This document shows positions 27,030-40,291 of a stretch of DNA of 64,000 nt, piece after piece. This DNA comes from Octopus sinensis. Taxonomy: Eukaryota. The stretch is from contig NC_043006.1 of the NCBI RefSeq assembly GCF_006345805.1, forward strand, positions 32,860,001 through 32,924,000, written 5' to 3'. The number at the start of each line of letters is the position of its first letter. Position 1 is the stretch's first letter. The translations under genes and the position numbers were made by a program. The notes beneath the pieces are model-generated. The model did no database searches and was not told where the DNA came from. It saw only the letters and a list, made by a program, of their open reading frames with translations.

Positions 27030-27215
27030 TAATTGTGGTACAATGTCAGCGATTTTGAGGCGATGAGAACATCGATTAGTACTTCACTGGTGCGTATTTT
27101 ATCGACCCAGAGAGGATGTAAGTCAGAATCGATTTAACTCCGAACGCAAGAACCGGCAAAAGTATACCCAAATAATCTGTCCGGTGCGCTAACTATTCGG
27201 CCAGCTCACCACCTT
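27030..27215 (-). mobile_element. SINE family A, decayed, abutting (AAT)n
   Basis: ttatcgacccagagaggatg..gcgctaactattcggccagctcaccacctt. Confidence 0.75.
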
Positions 27216-27216
27216 A

Positions 27217-27286
<70 letters not shown>

Positions 27287-27386
27287 TGATGATGATGATG
27301 ATTATAATAATAATAATAATAATAACAACAACAACAACAACAACAATAATAATAATAATAACAACAACAACAACAACAACAACAAC

Positions 27387-27441
<55 letters not shown>
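27216..27441. repeat. Compound (AAT)n/(GAT)n/(AAC)n microsatellite
   Basis: Direct reading; a similar array lies at 52011-52112. Confidence 0.98.
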
Positions 27442-27443
<2 letters not shown>

Positions 27444-27935
27444 GATAGACTCTCCTGATGAAGAGTGTCCAGCCTTTACTAAATGATCAGCACAAATGAT
27501 TTGTTTAGAATGATCAAATGAAGCAGAAGTAATAGGAGGAGCTATATCACAAGACTACGATGATGACCAACAAGACATGGTGAGGAAGCTGTGCCGAGAT
27601 ATTAGAGGAGACCAGGATCAAGCACCTCCCCCACCAACCTGAGGTGCATTGATCGACGCAAGCTCAAAGTTCAAACAGAAAAGATAGATTCGGTTCTTGG
27701 ACTATTTCAGACGAGAAATACAACAGAAACTAACAAGATTATTTGTGCTGCAGCTATGGCTGCTGAAGATAGAATTGGATACAAAGGCAGAGAACAAACA
27801 GAACGTATAGAACCATAATGGCGTAGACGAATTTGCGAGAAAGAAACAAAACTAAAAAGATATTTAGGACAAGTTGACAGATTGAGTAGAGGGGAATTGC
27901 AGAACGAAAGCATAAGAATAATCGATTGATATAAT
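27442..27935 (+). mobile_element. R4/Dong-type LINE, N-terminal ORF remnant
   Basis: NLRCIDRRKLKVQTEKIDSVLGLFQTRNTTETNKIICAAA..EP*WRRRICEKETKLKRYLGQVDRL resembles the ITETN.L.YAAA..PPWKRRLE motif of R4/Dong ORFs; starts right after (AAT)n. Confidence 0.65.
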
Positions 27936-28103
27936 TGATTATTCCCAAATAAAATTGCACATGAATTTTATGAGCGCAATGCACCTTATAGCAGAAACAA
28001 CTGTAAGCTGATGGACTTCATTACATAATTTCTTATACCCTTGTCGTTTACTTGATTTCTTTTCCTCAAGCGTGCGTGCGCGTGTGCACGAGCGCGCCCG
28101 TGT

Positions 28104-28152
<49 letters not shown>

Positions 28153-28155
<3 letters not shown>

Positions 28156-28298
28156 GGAGTAAACACATAAATGTGAAACAAGGTGGAAAAAAGAGTACTC
28201 AAATACCAGTGGTATTTATTTAAAGCAGCAGAAAATTCAAAAAAACCTGTTACTCAGAGTAACACGTTTTGTTGAATTTTCTGCTGCTTTAAATATAA
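28153..28298. mobile_element. Fold-back element in (TA)n; hairpin 28217-28295 centred on ACTCAGAGT
   Basis: tatttaaagcagcagaaaattcaaaaaaacctgttactc-a-gagtaacacgttttgttgaattttctgctgctttaaata, with (TA)n on both sides. Confidence 0.7.
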
Positions 28299-28373
<75 letters not shown>

Positions 28374-29029
28374 CAGACAGACATATAGACAGACAGACAG
28401 ATATGTATGCATCTCTGTATGCATATATACACACATGCGCACAAACTTCCTGACCCAAGAAGTAATCCAACTTATCCAAATCATAACCTAAAACTATCCA
28501 ATTAACAAATGACTCATTAATAGAAGCCTTCCAGTCTATAAAGATTGGTTAGAAAAAAAAATAGTCCATTCAGTTTCGAATGTATTCCGTTTATTTCATG
28601 AACTCTCAAGAGTGATATTTGGCACGTCTTTCCGCAGCAAATACCACCGCCACCTTCAACGAAAATAGCAACGAAAACAAACAACACAAGTGAAGAAAGA
28701 AGAGACAGACGAAGAAGAAACCCACCACCACCGCCACTGTTGTCTTCACCAACACCACCAAAACCACAACAACAACAATAATAGCAATAGCAACAATAAT
28801 AGATAAACAAAAAGAAATATGAAATGCAAATGCGGGAGAACAGATTTGATAAAAAAAGTATTTTAAGAATCAAAATTAAATCTCTCTACCTAACTGAAAA
28901 TCTACTTTCTGCTGAATGAAGGCACCTCCAAAAGATTTTGCTGTAATTTACGCAGTTATTTGGTTTTGGAGTGAATTTTCTCTCTCTTTGGAAAGTATGT
29001 AGTCATCCATGCGAGTAACCGTTCTCAAA

Positions 29030-30070
29030 TAAAACAATTGGCTTTCATCTTGAAAAGCTTTATGTATTAGTTGTACAACTTAGAAAAGACATTGACCGCA
29101 AAGATAGCAAGAAAAGACGAAAAATTGGCCATCACTGTCATAATTAAGCATATGCAGATAGGAATGTTATTATAAAGTTGAATTAAATGAATATTATAAA
29201 GTTAAATGAAATGCAACAACATCTGTAGTTAAGAAGGTGCTTATTTCTTCAGAACCAGTAAAATGGGAATATTAAAATCCAAGGATAGTGCATGAAGTCA
29301 GAAATGAAAGAACTCAACTGAAAAAGACACAGAAGGAACTGAGATAAAATGTTATAAAATTATAACATGAGTAACCGAATTAAGTCGAAAACAAAGACCG
29401 TTTAAAACAAAAGATCTTTGCTTGTAAAATCTCCAGGTACGTGTGAGCATGAAAACTGTCAAACGATTTTGTCACGAACATGATAAAAGAATATAAGGGA
29501 AGTCAATGTAACATGAACGCCAAGAAAGGTAGAATAATTTAAAGGAGAATTATGGATAATGAAGATATCACTATTGACTAGATAGTTCTTTACAGGATGT
29601 AGACAATCATACGAAGTCATAACTACAGAAAATACACAGATTCCTTAAGGAAAAGCAATATGAGATATTAAATCTCTGGTTTAAATCTTTTTAACAGGGA
29701 CGCGTAAGGTGCAAGTAGAGACGTTTAATGAGATACTAACATAGCTAGAGACAGCTCCTGACTAATTTACAGAAGGAAAACCCTTTTGATTAAGAAAATA
29801 AAAGAAATCATAAACCTTCAAAACTACTGATCCCAAACATGTCTCCTTACAAAATACAAAACATTGATTTTAATAATATCACTGAAAGTAAACAAATATC
29901 TAGGAAAACACACTTTTTTCAGAGAATCAGAAGGCAGGACACAAAGATTTAATTGGACTTAATGGTCAGTTATTAATGAACGATAACTACAGAAAGAGAG
30001 AGAAAAATTTTGGAATAACATGGTACGTCTACTGAAGATATTTGACTGAATTCCGAACAGTTGGTTCCAG
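29030..30070 (+). mobile_element. R4/Dong-type LINE, decayed start of the RT domain
   Basis: TEGK, NLQNY*SQTCLLTKYKTLILII, ENQKA, GQLLMN, KNFGITW and FD*IPNSW correspond to NYRPITCL..YK / EQKG / DQLLID / AWIDYKKAFDSVPHSW. Confidence 0.65.
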
Positions 30071-31215
30071 GAAACATTCCTGTAAACATTCCTCATTACA
30101 AAAATCGAAAATACATAATGAAGCCGAAAGCATGACTGCAACATGTGCGGAAATGAGGAGAAATAAACATTTCCTACGAGCACCTAGTAAGAATGCTTCC
30201 ATAGCAATGATAGAATTGGAATTTATATATGCTGGTATTATGAAATATCAACAGAAAATAAACTATATAAGCATCGACCAGAGACTGAGAAATCAACCAT
30301 ATGCCAATACGCAGACAAACAGAATAATAATAAGTTTTTGTATGCAAAGATTTTCAATATTTGGAAATTTATTTCCGAATATTGAATTTATTTGCAAATA
30401 ATTTTGCAAATAATTTTGCAAATAACGAAAACATTTGAAGACATATTTGACAAAAATTGATATCCAAATATTAAAAATAAAGGGACACAATCTCCACCCC
30501 CACATGCAAACTGAGGTATTTTAATGATAAAGAAATCCCTGCATTCCTTGGAGGGTAAAACAATAATAGTTCATGGCTTATTAATGCGGTTTTTATCGAC
30601 AATATATTTCTTGCATCGTCTGTGTTACACGTAATCGGAAACACTGATTGGTTCTCAATGTTGCCAACTATATTGTTGGCGACTTCCTATCTCCCACTCC
30701 CTCTTTCCATATCTTAATTACTTTCGTTTCCGTTTACTTTATTGCATGATGTGCTGATTCTAAAGATGATAGCATTTATACCAGCCGTTCACTTTTTCAA
30801 TCGATCAATCGAACGACTGGGTAAACAGGACCGTCAACGCACCTAAAATACTTAGCAGAAACAGTTGTGAGTCTACCATGCACAAAAAAATATGTACAAT
30901 GGCTATTATCTACGCTTTTTCTGATATATATATATTATATATATATATATATATATATGAAATTCATTTATATCATCCGTTAATTGAATGTTTCTACGGA
31001 AAAGATGGATTCGTTTGCAACGTTTCTGCTCGCCCCTTTTGGCAAAGCAATTATTTTGAATCCTGTTATATCTTGTAAGAAATTTTACTATTTTTGCTAT
31101 CATTTGTATTAGACTTCTATGTCATCTTCCTTTTTGGTATTGCAGGCTGTCCGTGGTGCTCTGAAAATCTAGTTTACTGATTCGCTGTCGTTGTTTCTGC
31201 CTATATTAGCGATGA

Positions 31216-31320
31216 TTTCCTCTCCTTCTCTTTCGTTCTCACTCACTCTTTCTCTTCCCCTCCCTCTCTCTCACTTTCTCTTTCTCATTCTCACTAACTC
31301 TTTTTCTTCCCCCTCCCTCT
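31216..31320. repeat. About 52-bp pyrimidine-rich tandem duplication
   Basis: ttctcact(c/a)actcttt(c/t)tcttcccctccctct occurs twice. Confidence 0.8.
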
Positions 31321-31689
31321 CCCTCATTTTCTCTTTCTGCCTCTCACTCAAATGCGATCTGTCTTTCTAGGTCCTTAAGGTAAATATCCCTTGGCCTCAA
31401 CTTACTGAAACGTGTATTTCATCTGGGCTTTCAAACCTACACCTGCAGTTTTCTTGCTCCTATTTCTGCACGTATATCATATAACTCCGGTATTGTTTTC
31501 TGGTTTTTCAGTTATTAGAAACTGCATCTCTACGCTCGCCTCCCCCAGGCGACCATATCCTATTTCTAATCAAAACGGCGCTCATCATCTTCGACAGTAA
31601 GTGTTAGATCAATATAATATTTACAACAATGTTTTCTATCTTGGCCATCGTGTTTCATTGTTCCAATGTATTGTAGTTCTATTTTGTTT

Positions 31690-32030
31690 TACATTGGTCA
31701 TCATCGCCTTTTGTTGTCCCATGTATTGCAATACTATTTTGTGGCCCACGCACATAAAGCACCTGCTTTGTTTTCCTTGTCCTCATGTTTAGATTGTGGG
31801 TTCACATTCCTATATTTGAAGCCCCGGTCTATACAGAAAAAATGCTTCTATAGCCCAATAGAGTCTTTCTCCTGAGAGCAGCTGAAAATCACCTTCTTCT
31901 CCACGTCCTCCCTCGTTTACAAAGTACAAATGCTTAATTACTCTGGCCCGTTCTTGGATAAATCCCTTAGATTCGAAAACACTACCGCTGGGTGATATGT
32001 CACAAAAGGTTTTCATTGGCAGCCTAACAA
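31690..32030 (-). mobile_element. Possible MULE-type transposase remnant
   Basis: GRGEEGDFQLLSGERLYWAIEAFF followed by a M.DKE-like segment; weak motif match only. Confidence 0.3.
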
Positions 32031-32744
32031 TATAAATTCCCTTTGGCTAGTAAGTCTAGCGAAAGAAATTTTTCTGTTATTAACGTTTTCTTCAGTAATT
32101 TTTTCACTAGTTAAAATTATGTTACTTTTCTCCTTTAACAACATTTATATCTGTCCCTCTTTTTTTTCGGTTTGTTTTATCCTGTTTTCCCCATTTTTTG
32201 GCTGTGTGCTTGAAACGAGAATATTTTTTTCTAATCCACATGTTCTCAACTTCTCTATATAAAATAATTCAGAAAAGAACTCCATCCATTTTAAACGTGG
32301 CAATAATCCAATTTTCTTGCAACTATCTCAAAACAATCTCATTTACACCAAAACATATTCGTAATAACAGTCGTTGTCATGTATCATACGCTTTTGCCTT
32401 GATGAATGCAACGAAAGTATTTCCGTTAAGCGCCAGTTCTCCCAATGGATGAAGTTATTGCGTTACTTCGTTCTCACTTTCTCACAGTAACTTCTTGGCG
32501 GAGATATGGGGTTGGTTTGTCATTGTCTTCCCTAAATAGCTGTCCTTTGGCCGCAAGGAGCTCATCCGCTTTCGATGGGTTTTGTTTTTAGTTCTGCTCG
32601 AAGTCCAGACACCCTCTTCCCTAGTCAGTTTAGTCACTGACCACTCGACCATGGAACGGATGGTACTTGTTTATCATGGAATCAGTCGCAGGTCCCATGA
32701 GCTTGTGATGAGATCCTTTACCTGACTATAAAAATTATAATAAT

Positions 32745-32845
32745 GAGAAGGAGGAGGAGGAGGAGGAGAAGAAGAAAAGAAGAAGAAGAAGAAGAAGAAG
32801 AAGAAGAAGAAGAAGAAGAAGAAGAAGAAAAGAAGAAGAAGAAGA
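32745..32845. repeat. (GGA)n(GAA)n microsatellite
   Basis: Direct reading. Confidence 0.97.
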
Positions 32846-33922
32846 ATTGCTATACACAAACATCTAAGACAACACAAGGAACAGGGTGACACAATACAGA
32901 ATTATGAATAATCTAACTGTGTGTATGCGTGTGTGTGTGTGTGTGTACACATGTCTGGAAGCGGCTGGTTTTAGATTGTATGTGTGAGAACGTAGAGCGT
33001 GTGATCGTAGATATATGTATGTACACGTGTACTACCGCTATGTGTGCTTGTGTGCGCATGTGTGTACGTGTCGGTGCATAAATAATAATACTAACACTAT
33101 GCTGTTATGTTGAAACGTCGTACAAAATAATATGTCAACTGTTATACTTTTATATATAAATCTACCGTCTGTTGAAGCCACAAGGTCACGTGGTTTTATA
33201 GGTAGTACATTATGGTATTAACGTATTAAAGCAAAGATGATACGCTCTGCTGAATAACATAATGTCCAACACGTTCTAGGAATTAAAACCTCGATCTCCC
33301 GATCGTGAGCGAAACATTCTAATCACTAGGACATGCACCAAGCTATAAGGTTTTACGCAAGTATGCAATTATAAGTGCATTGCATCTTATTGCAGAAACA
33401 GATGTAAGCCAATGAAGTTGTCGCCTAATTTTTTGGTTCCGAGTCATTTTTTTAGTACTCTTTGTGCTTGTCTAAAGCATAAGCATACTTAGTTCTAACA
33501 CCAGGTTCTTGGAATCACTGCGCGTAAGCGATATATCTATATATCTATATCTATATATGTATGTGTGTGTGTCAATGTATATATAGATATATATATATGT
33601 ATATATTTACATACACGTTTATGTAACAGGTGGTATAATTATAACACAGGGCAAATTTTTTAGCCATTTCTCCGCGGATTGAAAACAAATGATGAATAAC
33701 CTTAATTGATTTTCGAACCTTATTGGGTTATCATCAGAGGCGTCTACACCATTCTCACAGTCTCTAGAGAAGTAAGCAGCCAAACTGTTTATATACTCAA
33801 CAAGTGCAGCTGTTACTCTATGAAGGAGTCCCTAATTTGCATACCGAAAGAGTAACACGTGCGCATGTATTTACGTTATTTCGTTCTCACGTGTGTGGTG
33901 TGTTTCTATGTGTATTATGTAT

Positions 33923-33967
<45 letters not shown>

Positions 33968-33987
33968 CATAATATATATATATAATA

Positions 33988-34046
<59 letters not shown>

Positions 34047-34966
34047 CGTATACATACACACATATATATGTGTGTGTGTGCATGTGTGCATGTGTGGTGG
34101 GGAGAGAGATTGTGATCTGTGAATATAACAGAAATATTTTTTTGTTTCAAGACGATTAATTTGCTTCTTGTAGTTACAGCCATGTATAATTGCAATGCAT
34201 TTTGCTAATACATTCCCTACAGACACCGTGTGGCACTTTTAGTACTTTTGATTTCATTTTAAGTGATATTTAGTGCCGTGTTGGCCTACTTCAATCATTT
34301 CCTAACTTATTTCTTGGCTTGTTATAACATTATAAATTAGGGGCTATTGAACACAATTTCAAAATTCTCACCCTTTATTATATATCTTGTCTTCCTTAAT
34401 TAACTTGTCACCTTGTCTACGAATGGATCAGGAGAATTTAATGATGATGTATGCCATTCAGTAATCGCACACCCTTCGGTTGTAATCTTTTACGATGTTG
34501 ATCCTTCAAATCTGTGATTTATTATGTCGAAATGAAACAACAAATGTATCAGAGACCTCTTAACCAAACTGCTTTACAAAACGGGAAAACATATTGGATA
34601 ATGTAATTCTCTCTGCAGTTTGTCTTAAAACAAAATACAAAAACAACAATAGCATCAGCGCCACAAAAAGCAATACATACGAGATTACTTGAATTGTCGT
34701 AGACAGCATATTAGCCGTATAATCTAAAAATGTTTGATCAGGCCTTTTTTGTTGAGTTTGAGGAGGGTCATTAAGCCAATTACTGGCTCTAATTCACTAT
34801 TTTTCTTCTTTTATTATTGTTATCATTATTACTAACCCAGAAACCTGGTAGAATCGTTGGTGCATTGGACAAAAATACTGAACGACACATATTTGAACTC
34901 TTTACGTTGTAATGACAAATCCCGGGGAGGTTGACCACGCTTTTAGTCTTATCGACATCGTTAAAC

Positions 34967-35011
34967 ATGTAAATTTATATTTCTACTCAGAGTAGAAATA
35001 TGATTTTACAT
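34967..35011. repeat. 22-bp-arm hairpin centred on ACTCAGAGT
   Basis: atgtaaatttatatttctactc-a-gagtagaaatatgattttacat (2 mismatches). Confidence 0.7.
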
Positions 35012-35132
35012 TTTTCACATCTCTCTAACTCCGAAACGCGTATACAGTTAATCAGATCCTGGTGGATTCGTTGTTTTTTTTCTTCACCCGCGTGAGTTGT
35101 TGAGTATTGCTGTCTGGGAGATATCTTATAGT

Positions 35133-35488
35133 CATCATCATCATTATTCGACCGTGGTCGAGACAATGGAATTTACCATGCTACGCCAGACTTCACGGTC
35201 CATCATGGCATTACGGAGGTCCTGTTGCTGGATGCCTGTATCCCTGGAGATAACATCAGGGTAGGAGAGTGTGCGCCCTCTGGTATTGCGAGTAGATGGC
35301 TTCCAGAGGAGAAGAGTAGAAATTACCTCTTTTTCAGCTCTACAACAATGTCCAGCAAACTGGACTCTCTTACCTTTCACAAGAGAGGACACAGGTGGTA
35401 GTTTCCCATATATTTGCATTTTGGTTGGATGGCGCTTCCACGAGAGATTTTGAGATCTCATAAGGAGGTGAGTGTAGGTTCCATCCAG
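35133..35488 (-). mobile_element. RTE-type LINE 3' end with (TGA)n tail and 8-bp TSD
   Basis: LDGTYTHLLMRSQNLSWKRHPT..FAGHCCRA..LLLWKP..RGR..YPDVISRDTG..AMMDREVWR, then stop and tgatgatgatg tail; cttatagt at 35125-35132 and 35489-35496. Confidence 0.9.
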
Positions 35489-35687
35489 CTTATAGTAGTA
35501 GAATAGTAGTTTAACCGCTATATCTAAATTTCGGTATGTGGTGAAGCAAATTTTGCTGAACACTAATTGTAATTATGCTTATAATTATAGAATTTTTGTA
35601 TAAGTTAACCGATAATTGTTCTTTTAACATACCGAACTTCTTGGTAAAATTATTAATTATTAATTATTTAATTTTACCCTTTATTAT

Positions 35688-35789
<102 letters not shown>

Positions 35790-36054
35790 TAATATATAAG
35801 TATGTATCAAGTAACGGTGCCTGTTTACAATCGAGGCATTAAACTCGCTGGCACACCGTGGTACAATTAGCTAACAAAGTAGTCGGAGGTATTCCAAAAT
35901 TACTCACAATCCGCCAATAAGGCAATAAAAGTCAAAGAAAATCAAACTTTCTGCGAATCCAAAGATTTCAGCAGACAAACGCTGCATATTTATCGCGGTG
36001 TAAAATATGATCATATAGAAAACTATGTACAGAGATAACTATTTTACCATATAT

Positions 36055-36103
<49 letters not shown>

Positions 36104-36158
36104 CATACAATCGTACGTGCATATACTCTTTAATTTCACACGTATATTATTGTAGTGT

Positions 36159-36525
36159 GGAGTCGCAATGGCCCAGTGGTTAGGGCTGCTGACTCGCGGT
36201 CGTAGGATCGCGGTTTCCATTCCCAGGCCGGGCGTTGAGTGTTTATTGAGCGAAAACTCCTAAAGCTCCACAAGGCTTCAGCAGGGGCGGGGCGAAGCCA
36301 GCTGTAGCTTTTCACAACAATTTTCTATCATTCTTTCTTCCTGTTTCTGTTGTACCTTCATTTTAAAGGGCCAGCCTTGTCACACTCTGTGTCACACTGA
36401 ATCTCCCGAGAACTACGCTAAGGCTGTACGTGTCTGTAGAGTGCTCAGCCACTTGCACGTTAATTTCACGAGCAGGCTGCTCTGTTGATTGGATCAACTG
36501 GAACCCTCGTCGTCGTAACCGACGG
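36159..36525 (+). mobile_element. SINE family C, tail type 1, with 13-bp TSD
   Basis: atattattgtagt at 36144-36156 and 36526-36538. Confidence 0.92.
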
Positions 36526-36691
36526 ATATTATTGTAGTAGTCTTGAAAATTGCTATATAAGAGATGGGAGATGTTTGGAAGAAAGAATATGGATTTATTG
36601 CGTTTAATTGCCTAGAAAGAATTGAAAAATACATGATTTGATTGTTAGGAATTAATGAATCGATTTCTCATCGAAATGTTCAGTTTAAATA

Positions 36692-36796
<105 letters not shown>

Positions 36797-36797
36797 C

Positions 36798-36835
<38 letters not shown>

Positions 36836-36865
36836 GTACAGATATATACATAGATATATATATAT

Positions 36866-36899
<34 letters not shown>

Positions 36900-37105
36900 G
36901 TATAGATATAGATATATGTATATATGCATGTATGAAGATATGTATATATGCACAAAAGTACTTAAATATGTATATATATATATATATATATACATATTTA
37001 TACACGCACACACACATATATATACATATGTATATACTTACATATATGTAAAAATTTATGCGGCTATGTACTTCCCTATGCATATATATATAAATGTATA
37101 TATAT

Positions 37106-37139
<34 letters not shown>

Positions 37140-37747
37140 CTTGTACATAATGTACATATATGCTTCCAAAGCTGAGCAAAAAGTGACCGTACGCCGCTAA
37201 ATGCTGGCAAACTTCACATAAATTCAATTCCTTTCCATAAAATTTATCTTTCTAAATATTTAAACACATAATTATATTTCACCCATTTCCATTTTCTCTT
37301 CTACATACTTTCCATTTCTTACTCTCTGTTCTTCTCTCATTTCCTTCTTTCTAAATATTCCTTGAAACACCTGTCATAAGATTAGACATTTATTTTTCAA
37401 TGTTTCAACAAATATTTTGTTAGCCTAACGCCTACTACACTAACACACAAACATACACATAAATACACACACGCGTTCACACTCACACACCTCTACACAT
37501 ACACACCCGTTCATACACTTTTCCAATACGAAAAATTCCATTCAGCGTAGGCTCGCAGAAACGTTCCAACCCCACACTCTTACACAAGATGTCTACCTTT
37601 TCCAGTACTAATGTTTCAACACTACTTCAAATGTAGTGCAATCAAAAACGACTGCTCATATCTCTTCTCTATTGCTCTACAGGGTTCTTTTAAGCAGTTT
37701 AAAATTCCAATTAACATATTTTCAGAAAACAATATATGTCCAAATTA

Positions 37748-38335
37748 AGGCGGCGAGCTGGCAGAATCGTTATGCACGCCGGGCGAAATGCTTAGCGCTA
37801 TTTCGTCTGCTGCTACGTTCTGAGTTCAATTTCCGCCGAGGTCGACTTTGCCTTTCATCCTTTCGGGGGTAGATTAAATAAGTACCAGTTACGCACTGGT
37901 GTCGATATAATCAACTTAATCCATTTGTTTCACCTTGTTTGTTCCCTCTGTGTTTAGCCCCTTGTAGGTAGTAAAGAAATAAGTATTTCATCTGCCACTA
38001 CGTTCTGAGTTCAAATTCCGCCGAGGTCGACTTTGCCTTTCATCCTTCGGGGGTAGATTAAAGAAGTACCAATTACGCACTGGGATCGATATAATCGACT
38101 TAATCCGTTCGTCTGTCTTTGTTTGTCCTCTCTATGTTTATCCCCTTGTTGATAGTAAAGAAATAGGTATTTCATCTGCCGTTACGTTCTGAGTTCAAAT
38201 TCCGCCGAGGTCGACTTTGCCTTTCATCCTTTCGGGCTCGATAAATTAAGTACCAGTAGCGTACTGAGGTCGATCTAATCAACTGGCTCCCTCCACAAAA
38301 AATACCGGGTCTTTTGCCTAGAACAGAAAAGAATA
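37748..38335 (+). mobile_element. SINE family A with three internal modules (about 185-bp period)
   Basis: tatttc(g/a)tctgc at 37799, 37984 and 38168; flanks aatatatgtccaa / aatataagtccaa. Confidence 0.95.
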
Positions 38336-38494
38336 TAAGTCCAATACACTCATCTTACCGTGCGGTCAATTTTTATAAGCGAAACTGTGAAGTAATTACC
38401 AGCTTTCAATAATTATACGTAGAGTATAATTATTTAATTCTGCATTGCGTATTAATTTCTATTGATATATATAAAGGGGCTGTTTAATCAATAT

Positions 38495-38921
38495 ATTCTT
38501 TTATTCTTTTACCTGTTTCAGTGGAACAAATCGACCCCGTTACTTGTTCTTTGTAAGCCTAGTACTTATTCTGTCGATCTGTTTTGCCGAACTGCTAAGT
38601 TACTGGGACGTAAACGCACGATAATCGGTTGTCGAGCGATGTTGGGGGGACAAACACAGACACACAAATACTCACGCACACACACACATGCACACACACA
38701 CACATGCACACACACACACACACAGACACACACACATATATATATATATATTTATATATGCACGACGCGCTTCTTTCAGTTTCTGTCTACCAAATCCACT
38801 CACAAGGCTTTGGTCGGCCCGATGCTATAGTAGAAGACACTTGCTTACAGTGCCACGTAGCGGAACTGAAACCTGAAACCATGTGGTTGGGAAGCAAGCT
38901 TCTTCCCACAAGCCACGCCTG
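38495..38921 (-). mobile_element. SINE family B
   Basis: Same blocks as 12535-12918; an opposite-orientation mid-fragment lies at about 39065-39150. Confidence 0.9.
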
Positions 38922-38925
38922 CAAC

Positions 38926-39014
<89 letters not shown>

Positions 39015-40234
39015 GTGTGTGTGTGTGTATGTGTGTGTGTGTGCGTGAGTGAGTGGTGGATGAGTTGGCGTGTTTATGTCCCCGTAACCTAGCGTTCCGG
39101 CAAACGAGTCCAAATAAATAAGTACCAAACTTAAGACAAAATAAGTACAACATAATTCACCTTGGATTGTTGGCATGTAATGCAGTAAATTTTGCTTTGT
39201 GTCTTTTTGCTTTTCTTTTTATCTTTTTTTTTGTTGCTTTCTTTCTTGTTTTGCAATTAATCTTTGCATAAATCTTCATTTCCTACCCCTTGTATTTGAA
39301 CTATGCCCTGTTCTGTTATTTCACACGCTCACGGCGAGCCTCTCTGCATTTTGTTACCCTTTATATTTCAGTCCTCGATGCGAATTTCGCGTTTGTTAAG
39401 ACGTTTAGTTTTCGTTCTACCTGTCATATTTCTCGATTTCTTGTGTCCGTAACTATTGGATATATACAGTCTTGCCATATTAAATGGGGTATTTCTTTCT
39501 ATATGGGATTTAAAACTAAAATTTCACTATTGGACGTGTCAATTTATTAAACAGACAAACCCAAAGCATCTAAGAATGTGAAAGATAGGAAGAATAATTG
39601 TAATACGAAATACAAAACTGAAATATATCGTATGAACTGCCTCACATGTCTATAAAGTAGTGTGTGATTCAATTAGAGAACTGTTGTTACAATCACATTT
39701 TCCCTAATTACCGAAATGGAAGTTCCCGTTCATTCATTTCCATAGGGAAGAAAAATCACAACAATAATAATAACAATAAATTCCAAAATCTGTCATTAAA
39801 TTGGGATGTTTCTGACATCTCTACTTGCTTTTATTGCAGAAAATAAATATTATTTGATAGGCATTTCTGTGTAGATTTTATCACCAAAATTTGAAATTCG
39901 GTCGTTATATTTATCCATGCTCAATCACGTGTTTATTTCGATTGTGGTTCATAAATGTCGCCGGTTTATTTCGGTTTTGTATGTTTAATGCTTAAAGTAT
40001 CCATCTTCAATATTCTATTTTTGTTTCATGGGAAATTTTGAAGACCATGGTTTGTGAAATTGCTGCGCGCTACTTTCTTCTTATCTTCCTTTAGATCACG
40101 TTGCATACAAATTGGAAGAATAGTTTTACTACTTTATTCCGTTTCATATATGTGTCTGTGTGTGTGTTGTATGTGTGTGCAAGTAAGTAAACACACACAC
40201 ACACATATATATATATATAAATAAATATATACAC

Positions 40235-40291
<57 letters not shown>

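Noticed and set aside
27454-27480. Hammerhead from CTGATGA
   Set aside because: No GAAA or stems downstream.
35903-35986. Minus-strand first exon MQRLSAEIFGFAESLIFFDFYCLIGG with gtgagt donor
   Set aside because: Only an ATG and a donor-like site; no promoter, partner exon or homology recognised.
37799-38335. CRISPR-like array
   Set aside because: Eukaryotic context; whole 185-bp modules repeat and there are no unique spacers.
39850-40060. Tc1/mariner N-terminal remnant on the minus strand
   Set aside because: Only a few residues (RWIL, GDK) match; insufficient.
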